From: Fimicolochytrium jonesii
Lineage: Eukaryota
Assembly: GCF_025526975.1 (NCBI RefSeq)
Contig: NW_026515691.1
Location: 248,001 to 312,000 of the forward strand
Length of the DNA stretch: 64,000 bases
Direction of reading: 5' to 3'
Part shown: positions 1 through 10,859 of the stretch, piece by piece
Layout: each line of letters begins with the position of its first letter
How positions within the stretch are numbered: the stretch's first letter is position 1
The notes under the pieces: model-generated
The model's input: only the letters and a program-made list of their open reading frames with translations
What the model was told of the DNA's origin: nothing
Database searches by the model: none
Program-made: the position numbers and the translations under genes

Positions 1-6
1 TTTTAG

Positions 7-1228
7 CGCTCTCCCCATCGAAGCGCAGGACGGGACTATCAGCTGGCTGCCATACGAGACCATCAACGTGGAATCGCATATGCAGTCTGCAGAGATCTCA
101 TCCGAGGCGGATATCAAAGCCTACATCGAGAACCTCTTCAAACGCGTCTGGGACTCGACCAAGCCCATGTGGCACATTCACCTCTTGCAGAGCACTACGC
201 CCGGCCAGCCTTCAGTCCTGATTATTGAATTGCACCACGTTCTCGGCGACGGCGTCTCGCAAATGCAGGTCTTGGGCGACATTGTCACGGACAAGGCTGG
301 CAAACCCTTGACCTTGGATGAAAAGAAGTTCAAGCGGATGATGCAGGGCAACAAACCCAGCCCCACTCTCTGGCAGCGGGTGCAGCGTAAAGCCGTGCTG
401 GCTCTCAACACCGGCGCGGCCGTCGCGAAGGTTCTCTCCCTCCCTCTCCTATTCGGCGACACCAAGACCTCACTCACAGTCCCCTACAACCACTTCGCTT
501 CCCGCCGCCGCGCCTACGTCCCTGTGCCCCCTCTCCCCCTCGATGTAATCAAAGACATCAAAAACAAGCTCCACGTAACCGTCAACGACGTCCTCCTCGC
601 CATCCTCGGTGGCGCCATGCGCTCCTACCTCCTCCACCGCAACGACAAATCCCTCTCCACCGCCGCCGCCGCCGCCTCGCTCCAGATCCGCGCACTCATG
701 CCGTACTCCTTCCCCCGCTCCCTCGACGACCTGCACAACAAATGGACAATGATCTCCGGCCGCGTGCCCGTTGGAGAATCATCCCCCGTCGCCCGCGTGC
801 AGGCCGCTAAAAACGCCATGGATAAAATCAAACAGTCACCCGAACCCGTGGTCGCCGTCTTCCTACAGGAATCACTGTACAGAGCCGTCGGGCATGAACT
901 CTCCGCACAAACCAATCTGGATCTGTTCAAGAAACATACCCTCATTTTCACCAACGTCCCCGGGTTCACGGAGGAGATGTACTTTTGCGGCGAGAAGATC
1001 GTGCATGTGCAGCCGATCGTGTCGAATGTCATCACCCAGTGCTCGGCGGTCTCCTACTGCGGACAGGTGTTTATGAACTTTGTGGTGGATGCGGATATCA
1101 TCTACGAGTATGACCTCCTCGCGGACTTTGTGGTTAAGGAGTTGAGGGCGGTGGCGCTGGCGGCGGGTGTTTCGACTGCGGGGATCCCGGAACTGCAGCA
1201 TCCTGGGGAGGGGAAGAAGGCGCAGTAG
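7..1228 (+). CDS. Wax ester synthase/diacylglycerol acyltransferase (WS/DGAT); 5'-partial, upstream exons outside the window
   Basis: Catalytic HHxxxDG motif (LHHVLGDG), KPMWHIHLL, TVNDVLLA and C-terminal FTNVPG...VSYCGQV, all typical of WS/DGAT. The window opens with an acceptor-like ttttag. Confidence 0.85.
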
Positions 1229-1316
1229 GTCGTAGAATTATCCCTCATTATTCCAGTCTTTTGATATATCCCTCATTCTGCAACAGCCACCGGTTGACGT
1301 AGACTTTTACCGTAGT

Positions 1317-1317
<1 letters not shown>

Positions 1318-1350
<33 letters not shown>
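1318..1350. repeat. Poly-C homopolymer (33 nt)
   Basis: Read directly; lies between the convergent WS/DGAT and NRAMP 3' ends. Confidence 0.95.
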
Positions 1351-1805
1351 TTTTCTTATACAGGTGTGTTATCCGCTCTCTTTGCAGCGTTTAGACTTAA
1401 TTGACACCTTTATTTATCAATTCAACCGTAAACGTAGAACACCTATGATCCGTTCGCATAGTTTCTTCAATATGGCCCGAATGCTAATGAGACTGGAAGA
1501 CACAGTTAGCCCGGCAATTCATCATTTACTTGAAAAAATATGATGGACTATTCATGAAGCGGCCGACAAAAGGCAGCTAGTTCTTAAAAATAACCTAGCT
1601 AGTAACGTCTGTTCTCGGCGTAGTAGCAGTAGTAGCTATGTGGCTACCAAACGATACCCAATCCGCTGGGCGAACAATGTGAAGCATGTATCTGTGTAGC
1701 TAGCAACGATGGTCTTTTCTGATCTGCCTTTCTCTATCATATATATATGATTGGCCGCATAAAACGCAAAATCTACAAGAACTCTACGTACCCTAACCAA
1801 ACATA

Positions 1806-3846
1806 TCATCCCGCCACTACCTGCACAACAAGCACAACATTGAAAGCCGAGATCAGGGTGGCTATGATACCCGCCACGACGGTGGTGATGGTGCTATTTG
1901 CGAATGAGACGGTGGATGTTTGGGTTTGGGGGAGGAGGGGGGCTGTTTCCGTGGGCGTTGGAGTGGTGGAGTCCGGGTCGGTTTTGCAGGTGATTGTCAT
2001 GATTTTTTGACGGGAGGTGAAGTAGACGAGGGGCCAGACTGCGAAGGGGAGTTGGATGCTGTGGATATCGAGTAGATGGATGTGAGTTAGGAGGCCCAAG
2101 GGTTTCATCGAGAGTGCTACGTTTAGGAAAGCGTGAATGGGCTCACCTCAGCACGACCTGGCTGAACACCAACAGGCTGTTAACCCCCTCATCGCCCTTG
2201 AACACAGCCGCCAAGAGCGACGGCGCAATGGCTAGGACCCTCGTAACGAGCCGTCTCAGCCACGGCTTCATCCTAAAATCCGACCCCAGGAACCCCTCCA
2301 TGACAATCTGTCCCGCCATCGTGCCCGTAATCGTACTACTCTGCCCCGCAAACAACAACGCAACCGCAAACAGGGTGCCCGCCGACCACCCAAGGATCTG
2401 CTGCAGGAGGTAATAAGCGTCCTCGAGCTCGGCGACTTTGAGATCGCGGAAGTTTGCGGCGGAGACGATGAGTATTGCGGCGTTGATGGCGAGGGCGAAT
2501 GTGAGCGCGATCATGGAGTCGAGGTTGCTCATTTTGAGGATCTCGTCTATGCGGGGTTTGTTGGCGACGGGTGGTGGGGGTAACAGGGATTCGTCTTCTT
2601 CGTCGGATTCGATTTCGGCAAAATCTTGGATGTCGCCGAGATGGGTTGTTGTTGAGGAGGCGCGGTATTTCACGATGGAGGAGTGGAGGAAGAGGTTGTG
2701 TGGCATGATCTGTGAGGTGGGAGGGAGAGCATGTTAGATGCACATCTGGCAAAACAGCAGGCGGTGCGTACTTACAGTTGCGCCGATTATCCCCAGGGCA
2801 ATGTACAGCTGGTCCTTATCCTTCAACACTCCCAGGGTCGGAACGAACCCCTCCCCGACCTCCTTCCAGTCCGGATGACTCTTGCCCAACAAGATAGCAA
2901 AACAAAGTCCCGCAACGGCCATCAACCCAATAATGGCCATTTCAAACACCTTTAAATGCTTCACATTCCACCCCGCCAAAATCACCAGCACGTCCAACGA
3001 CGTCAAGACCACACCCGCTGAAAGCGGTATCCCGAACAGAAGCTTCAAAGCGATGGCGGTCCCAATGACTTCCGCAATGTCTGTAGCAACGATTGCGCAC
3101 TCGCTTAGTAGGTAGAGTGCGATGTTCAATGCGGGATGGAAGTTTCGCCGACATGCTTGTGCGAGATCTCTGCCCGTCACTACCCCGAGCTTGATGCATA
3201 GATATTGTAGGAGTACGGCCATGATGTTGGCCGTTAAAATGATGTACAGCAGGGAGTATCCGTATTCCGATCCGGCTAGAATTCAAGGAAGGAGATGTGT
3301 GAGTCAGTATGGATCCATTGTCCATCAACCCATCAACCCATCAACCCATCAACCCATCAACCATCAACCATCAACCATCAACCATCAACCATCAACCATC
3401 AACGTCCATCCATCATCCATCATCATCAAGCGCGATGCGTGTGTAAAAGAAGAACGGTCCGCTGTCGCTCACACTAAGAGCGATTTGAGGGAAGTCATTG
3501 CGCCTTTGGCGCAATGTGGTGCTCGCTGAGGCTCGATAAGGGCCGTGGTTAGGGAACTCATCGTCTACATACCAGCCAAATCGGTCGCCCAATTCCCCGG
3601 ATCTAGATAACCAATTGCGACCATGTAACCCGGCCCTATGAATTTCGCAAACGTCTTCCACGAGAATGCCGTTCCTCTTCTCGTTCGTCGTGCGGACTGT
3701 GGTCGAGTGGTGTTTGTGTCGATGGAAACGACGGTGGATGGTGGTTGTATCGAGTCGTCTTCGACCGGCGTTGTGGAAGCACCTGCCGCTGCTGCAGACA
3801 GAGACGGAGGATCTGACGTCGTTGAGGTTGGAGAGGCAGGCTTCAT
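1806..3846 (-). CDS. NRAMP-family divalent metal transporter (Smf1/2-like), 4 exons
   Basis: [50 protein letters not shown] and SQVVLSIQLPFA signatures. GT-AG introns at ~3572-3276, 2775-2711 and 2146-2059. Confidence 0.95.
3322..3429. repeat. Intronic simple repeat: CCCATCAA units changing to CCATCAA, then CATC/CAT
   Basis: About 11 tandem 7-8 bp units read directly inside NRAMP intron 1. Confidence 0.9.
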
Positions 3847-4331
3847 GTTGGCGGCCGGGCCTCGTCGAAGGAGGGATGTAGGGATTCCAGCAGGATGCGT
3901 AGTTGTTGCGACACAGTGAAAAGGGTCGCTCGAGGGTGAGGTTGTCGTTCGTTACGGGGGGCGAGGAGCACCAGTGGAGGAAGGGGAATAGCTGCAGAAC
4001 AGGCAGTGCTGGAGGATGTGGATGTTGTGGCGAACCGTCGGGTGCTGCTGCCTTGATGAGACTCTGGTTGAGTTGCTGAGCGTCGTATTGCGTTCTCCCC
4101 TTTCTCCCACGGGAAGAGCGGTTGCGACCAGGGTTGCGACCTGTTGCGACTCTTTCGACGGGAGTCCAACTACGTCCTGCACGGGGTGGGAATCGCAAAC
4201 ACTTGCACAACCCCGCAACCTCATGCCGTCGTAGCACTTAATAAGAGACCCTGCACTCATCCGTCGACGGACGCCCGACTTGGAGAGACACTGCTCGGAG
4301 AACTCCGCCCCCAGTTCTTTCCGTCAACACA

Positions 4332-6350
4332 ATGGGCAAAGAAACTCTCAAGGTCGTCATTCTCGGCGACGGTGCGGTCGGAAAGACCTCCCTACGCAAC
4401 CAGTTTGTCCACAAGCGGTTCGCAATGGCTTACAAGGCGACCATAGGCTCCGATTTTGCCTCAAAAGAAGTAGAAACTCAGGACGGGAGAAAGGTCAGCA
4501 TGCAGATTTGGGATACTGCAGGTACGTTCAGTACGGGCGGAACGGCTGTCGAACATGGGTTATCGAGCGGACGTCGGTTGGGGCCCCGAAGGCGCAAAGG
4601 TGCCCGAGCGAAGCGAAGCGAGGGATTGGTTCGGTTGGGAGTCCGGCGGACTGTAGCGAGCGAAGCGAGGTGCAGGGGTGCTTGAGGGATTCGTTTCGCG
4701 AGCGACGAGCGGAGCGTTCCCACTGCGCCAAAGGCGCATATTCCCCCTCACCGCATTTATTAGTGAGCCTCAGGGAGCGTCCGATCGTTCGCGAGCGGAG
4801 CGAGCAGGGCATCGTTCATCCATCGCCCACCTTTCCTCGCTTCGCTTCATCCAGAAGCCGATACTTACTTTTGACCCTCTCTCTGCGAAATAGGGCAGGA
4901 ACGGTTTCAAAGTCTGGGAGTCGCATTTTATCGCGGCACGGATGTCTGCATACTAGTCTACGACGTAACAAAGCCCGAGAGCGTCACAAACCTGCTGAAA
5001 TGGATGACGGACTTTATCCGACAAGCCGACATCCCAAACCCAGACTCGTTCCCGTTCGTGGTGGTGGGAAACAAAGTAGACGTGTCGAATCGGGCAGTGT
5101 CGAAGCGACAGGGGCAGGAGATTGCTGTGCGTTTGAAACGGATGTGCTTGGATTCGGCAGGGAAAGGGGATCCTGGGTTTGGATTGGTACCAGCTTCGAC
5201 AAGCACTGCTTCAAACTCTAGATCGACGCCCAAACCACCAACAATCGTTACAGACCGGCCTGCAGGATTAGTACGTCGGCGGAGCACCTTATCGTCCGGC
5301 AGGCATAGCGACAAAGGTGCAGGGAAAGAAGGAGGCCGCACGAACCGGCTTTTTGGCATCTCACGCGCCGTCACCACAGACACGCCCCGATCCTCACCCT
5401 CACCCGCCCCTCCACTATCCAGCCCCCCCACACCTGCACCACACCAACCCCCCTCCAGCTCCCCCCGGTCCCAACCACCCATCTCCCCCCTCCTTCGCCC
5501 ACAACACCTCCGCCCCGTCAACCTCTCAACACGCGTCGGGCAACGTGAGGGGTGGCGGGACTCAATAACGTCCCGCTTTTCGCTGACGTCGCGGTATTCG
5601 TCTTATGAGACTGCGTCGGAGTTTTCGGATGAGACGGAGTTGGCTTCTTATGCGCCGTATGCTTCGGATCATGAGGATGGGCAGGGTGAGGATGAGGAGC
5701 GGGAGGATGGGGAGGGGGAGGGGGAGGCAGATGAAAGTTCCGCTGGATCGGAAACTTCGGATGAAGAGGAGGAGGATTACAGCAGCCACGATGATGATGA
5801 CGGTCACGATGATGTTGATACGGACGAAGAGGAAGAAGAAGATCGAGACTGGGAGTCGAGCCAGGCACCGTCTCCATCGCGAAACCCCATGTCCTCTAGT
5901 TCGCATAACGATCTCATCGAAAACGACACCGATCATCACGACGAACATCAACAACGCAACGACAATCCCACTGCCGAACCCATCCAAACCCTCCGCCACC
6001 GCCGCCCGCACCTCTCCCCTCCCTCAGATACCCCGACCTACCCAACCCCGCCCTTCCCCTCCCCCCAGCCTCCAACCCCACCCACCCCCTTCACCCCCAC
6101 CCACTCCCCGCACTCCCTCCCCCTCTTCGAAGTCTCCGCCAAAACGGGCACCCGGGTCGACGACATATTTGCCTACATCGCGCATAACGTCCGCACGCCC
6201 CGGTTCAGATTCGATATTGTTGTGAGCGACGAGGAGGAGGCGGATTATTTTGGGTCCGGGGCGGGGTTTACGCGACGGACAGGTGGGACGGGGAAGAGTG
6301 TGAGGATTATGGAGACGGGGAGGACGGGCGGGGGCGGCTGTGCTTGTTAG
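4332..6350 (+). CDS. Atypical Rab7/Ypt7-like GTPase with a long low-complexity insertion; exons 4332-4521 and 4894-6350
   Basis: G1 GDGAVGKTS, effector [28 protein letters not shown] across the intron, G4 GNKVD, G5 EVSAK and a C-terminal CAC prenylation motif. Confidence 0.9.
4610..4848. repeat. Intronic element bounded by a perfect 14-bp inverted repeat, with internal hairpins (MITE-like or structured element)
   Basis: GAAGCGAAGCGAGG at 4610-4623 and its reverse complement at 4835-4848; internal AGTCC-GGC-GGACT and TGCGCC-AAA-GGCGCA. No target-site duplication seen. Confidence 0.6.
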
Positions 6351-7007
6351 CACGGAATGAAAATGGATATGGATATCCCCCCCCCCCCCCTGATACGGTT
6401 TGGAATCTTGGGCGTAGTGTATGTTACGATCGGTGGACATCACTATAGCACGAGTTATAGGGTTGTGAAAAGCCGTCTCATATGATATACCACCCTTTCG
6501 CTCGTCGGCTTTCCGAAGGCGTCGAATTTTGCTCGCCTTGACAAACACCGCACACTCGCCGCCAGCCTCATCCCTTCCAACCTCCATCCCCTCCGCATCC
6601 CGCACCCACTCCAACGCCTCCTCCACAGACGTGATCACAATCTCCGTTCGCACCCGGGGGCGGCCATCAGCGACTGCCGCGACGCCAAGTTCACGTGAGT
6701 GACCGACTTTGATTTCAATTAGAGGGGGGGCACAGCTTTATGTTCCCTGGCTGTACTGTACATACGAGGGAGGAGGACGCTTGGAAGTGTTGGCTCGGTA
6801 GAAAACAGCCGCGAAGCAGACCGAGCAGCTCTACAATCCTACCATCTCACCATAGCGTTTTCAAACAATCTCAGCATATGCGTCGTCCCTCCTCGTTTTG
6901 GACAATTTGAGCTCTGGCAGTGCCCTGCATGGAGTCAGCATCCACAACCGACACATCAAATCGATAAACCATCTCACAGCACTCCTGTTACCATAAGAAT
7001 CCCCCTC

Positions 7008-7736
7008 ATGGCGGAGGTTTGTTGAAACCATTTTCTTGTCAAAGCTTGTCATGGAATTGTGTCTCACTGTGTCGTTTCTCCCTACAGCTCGACACCCTCC
7101 TTCAGTCCGTCCTAACCGAGTAAGGAATGCACCCTCTCGTACCGAATCCTTGCGGCTATAACCCACAATTTAGTTCAGGTTGTCTGACGTCTTTTCCTTT
7201 CTTCTTGTGCTGCAGCACGGAACACCTGAAAGCTGTCTTCGTGACCGACAAAGATGGTGTCATCCTCGCCAAAGCGGTAGACCCAGGGTTCTCGGACCAC
7301 ATTCTCGAACCGGCTTTCTCGGCTACCTTTACTGTTGCGAGCGATCAGGTGCGTTTGCCTTGCCTGCCTTGCCGCAGATTCTTGGACTTCGGTGGGCTGG
7401 AACTTTGTCTAACTCGGGGATCCAATATGGCAGTCCAGCAAACTCGGTCTAGGCCGCAACAAGATGATCATCTCCACCTTTGGGGACGACCAGCTGGTGC
7501 AATTCAACCACTCGCCGCTACTGCTGACCTTCTTGGCGTCCGTGGAGGCCAATACCGGTAAAAAATTCCCTTATCCCCATACATCGACTTTGAGCTTTCC
7601 AGGATGTTGTTACTTATCTTTCATTTCTTCAGGTGTGCTAATAGCCCACGGAACGGACCTGGCGGAACCCATGCGCATTGTTGCGGAATCGGTCGCGAGG
7701 GCTGTGCATGTTGAATCCAAGAAGGAGTTTGTGTAA
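7008..7736 (+). CDS. LAMTOR3: Ragulator subunit LAMTOR3 (MP1) homolog, 5 exons
   Basis: Spliced product MAE|LDTLLQSVLTD|TEHLKAVFVTDKDGVIL...LEPAFSATFTVASDQ|SSKLGLGRNKMII...LVQFNHSPLLLTF...ANTG parallels the animal MP1 motifs (SDRDGV, TDQGSKLGL, VVQFNRLPL, ANTG). Confidence 0.92.
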
Positions 7737-8276
7737 GGTGGAGATGCTGCGCATCTGAGGGAGACTGCCAGGTTTCCGTTGCGGGGTTTATCGCCGCTTG
7801 GAGGTGAACGCTAGTCTGAGCGGGTGTTGGGTGTGCGGAGCTCGGACAATATTCCAGGTGAAAATGATTTCAGATGCCGAGGTGCGGACATGTAACATCG
7901 CAACGTGCGCAAGGAACCCACCCTCCCGTGCTCCACCTGGCAGTGACTGAGACTGCCAATTTGCAGTATCCGCGATCCTCTAACACCCCTTGCCGAAATC
8001 TGTCACACGAACTTGAGTACCCATCCACCTTCGCCGTTTGCTGCTCAAAGCGTGTATTTGAGCTCTTTCACGGCGTTTGGTGTTCTACGTGGATGTCACC
8101 TAGTGTCGACACTATACTATATGCTCAGCAACCGTCTATAACTGCGTTTCCAGCATTTACATCCATTCCTACTCCAGAATATCCATAGATAACGTAGGGT
8201 CAGAGCCTTCTGGATGAAGCTTTTGTCAATCAATCATTCGTTATTGCTAGTCTAATGAAAATCAGGACGGTCCTCC

Positions 8277-10300
8277 TCATGGAATATTGGGCACACCCAA
8301 CCCACTAATCCTCCGAAAGAACCACACCATCCCCCACTGTCTGCCTAACTGCACCGCCGGAAACACAGGCGCCGTGGTGTACGCGGCCCAGAAGTAATCC
8401 GAGAACGTGTCTGCGTACCCAACCCACGCAACCACAAGGTCGATCTTGAACGCCTTCCAGACGAAATGCCGTGTCAGCAGCACGTGCACTAACGTCACCC
8501 CGACCGAAAGCCATACGAGCCCGAGAGAGTTCCACAGGTCGAGCGACGAGAACTCGAAGATGTACCAGTCGCGGTTGGGCCCGTAGTACCACGTGGGGAG
8601 GAGGACGGTCGTTGCGATGGCCCCGTAGATACTAAAAGACGGGAGACGGGAGAGTGAGCTTTTCAACCATCCCAACCAACCAACCGTTGCTCGCTCGCTC
8701 GCTCTAAAATCGGATCATCCACTTCGGACGCCGCACGCCACACCTACCGAGCCTGCACAGCAACACAATAATGCAAAACCCTCGCATTAAAATGCTTCCT
8801 CCCCTCCACATGCAACATCGCATTACTCGCAGCCACCGCATCCATATCCACCAAATTATGCGCATGATGTTCCCCCTCATGGTTCGCAGAGTGATGCGAG
8901 ACGTGGTGGTCCTTCGCCTTTGGCGGCAACGGCGTCGGTTCCGCGGGTGGCGAGTTTGCGTTTTTGAGACGCTGCAGCCACATCGATGGGTACTTGAGCC
9001 AGGCGTCCAGCGCCGACTCTTCGTCGTGCCAGCACTCGAAGGTGAGGATCGCCATCTCCATGAGGAGGTAGGCCGAGAACAGCGGCCACCCGTGCAGGTC
9101 GTGGATGGTGAAGAAGACGTAGATTTCGTACGATACTGTGGATATATGAGTTATATTAGTGGGAAGTCGGGGTGAAACGCTAGCTCATCTGCCCGGGGTC
9201 AGACGCTGCGCCCCGGGAATAGAGTAAACGCACCTTCGATGAAGAACTTCATGGCCGCCGCCGTCCGCAGCGCATCTCCATGCCCATTCATAGCAACCAC
9301 TTTATGCACGATCCTGACCGTGATTCCTCCAAACACCGTCGCGGCGAGTTTGAAGAGGACCAGTACACCGAATTTGTACGATCCAGAGAACGAGAAGACC
9401 AGGTAATAAACGCTGCGGAAAGCGAATCCATCAGCGATATTTCCGTTCGTCCCCGCCAAAAAAAAAATGCACATTCTGAGGCCCCACCCACACTCACGCA
9501 GTCATAAAGAAAAACACAAACGCATTCGCGGGCACATAAGCATTCCACAAGAACCGTTTCAAGAACCCCGGTTCCGCCTTCATCTCCTTCGGCAGCAGGA
9601 ACCACGTCGTCAAGGGGGGCACGGTCGTGTACTGGGTCCCGCCCCACACGGCCGACGCCGGGTTGTTCAGCGGCCAGGTGAACGCGCGCCCGACAAGGAT
9701 GTACACGCCGCAGGTGACGACCGCGCACACCAGGCACGGCAGCTGGATCGCTTTGAAGTCGTGCCGGAACGTGAACGGGAGCCCAAGGAGGGAGCGGTGC
9801 CAGAAGACGTTGGAGTAGACGAAGCCTGGGGAAAAAGAAAAAGAAAAAAGACGGGTGTCAATCCCATTTTCCCCGCGGGTCCCCCTTTTCATTCCCAGCT
9901 TTTCACTCCGCAAATATCCCCCGTCACACTCACTAAAATTCGACAAGAAGAACGACTCGAAAATCCACAGCGTAAACGCCCCTTCCTTCGACCCTTTATC
10001 ATACACGATCTGGATCGGCAGCATCGCCGCAAGGACGTACGGGACCATGCACGCCAGCGCATTCATCAAGTGCCGCCCAAACACCCGCGCCGCATAGCTG
10101 GCCTTTAAGGGCGCGTGCGGGGCGTGCGCGGGGGTTGCGGTGGAGGGTGTGCTGAAGGCGTCGTCTAGCTGCGCGGTTTTGGAGATTGGTTTGGATGGGG
10201 CGTCCGATGACGACGCCTTCTTGATGTCCTTGCCGCTGGACGTGGCGTGGAGGACGGTCACGGCAACGCCCTGTTCCATCGCGGAGACTTCTTTGACCAT
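8277..10300 (-). CDS. Uncharacterised multi-pass membrane protein, ~5 exons
   Basis: Hydrophobic ORF pieces join in frame through canonical GT-AG introns. Many TM-length segments, a His-rich loop and a WYYGPNRDWY motif; family not recognised. Confidence 0.7.
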
Positions 10301-10773
10301 CGTTGGACGGTCGCGGGGGGACGGTTTGGGAGTCTGTGCCCTGTACTCTGCGGGGTTGCCAGACTACTACCCCGGATGTGTTCTGCCTGAGCGGGGGGGA
10401 GGGGGGGGGGTGGCAAAGTTCCCGAGCTCAATTTTAAGAGCTGTTCGTTCGGCACCCCAGATGCTTCTGCGGTTACGTGGCAACTCTTCACTATTCCGAC
10501 AATCGCGGGTGCCTTTTCTATATGTTGCCAAATACGAGTTCAAAAGGGGTCTCCAATATGTGTCTCCTGGCATCTGCGCGTATCAACACACCCGGGATAC
10601 GTCCAGCTGAGTTTGACCTCAGTCGGGGATATCTGAACAACAGTCCCCGTCCGTCCGCGCTGTTTCTAGAACGGATACCGTGCGTTCGAATAGATTACCC
10701 ATCAAGAATGGGGTTGCGAACAGTGGGGCTGCGGCGGACATGCATGTCGTCAACGTACATTGTGAATGGGCGG

Positions 10774-10859
10774 TGGGATGCCGGCGGGCTAAAAAGCCGT
10801 ACGGTTGAGCTTATGGGCATGGGATGTCGGCGGGCTAAAAAGCCAGAAGGTTGAACTTA
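10774..10859. repeat. Imperfect direct repeat (2 x 40 bp, period 46), each copy containing GGCT-AAAA-AGCC
   Basis: tgggatgccggcgggctaaaaagccgtacggttgagctta versus tgggatgtcggcgggctaaaaagccagaaggttgaactta. Confidence 0.85.

Noticed and set aside
3322..3429. CRISPR-like or telomeric array
   Set aside because: There are no spacers, the unit is not TTAGGG-like, and it sits inside an intron; it is a simple repeat.
4280..5221. 313-aa ORF spanning the Rab intron
   Set aside because: It is out of frame with the Rab motifs, not protein-like, and has no transposase or endonuclease signature.
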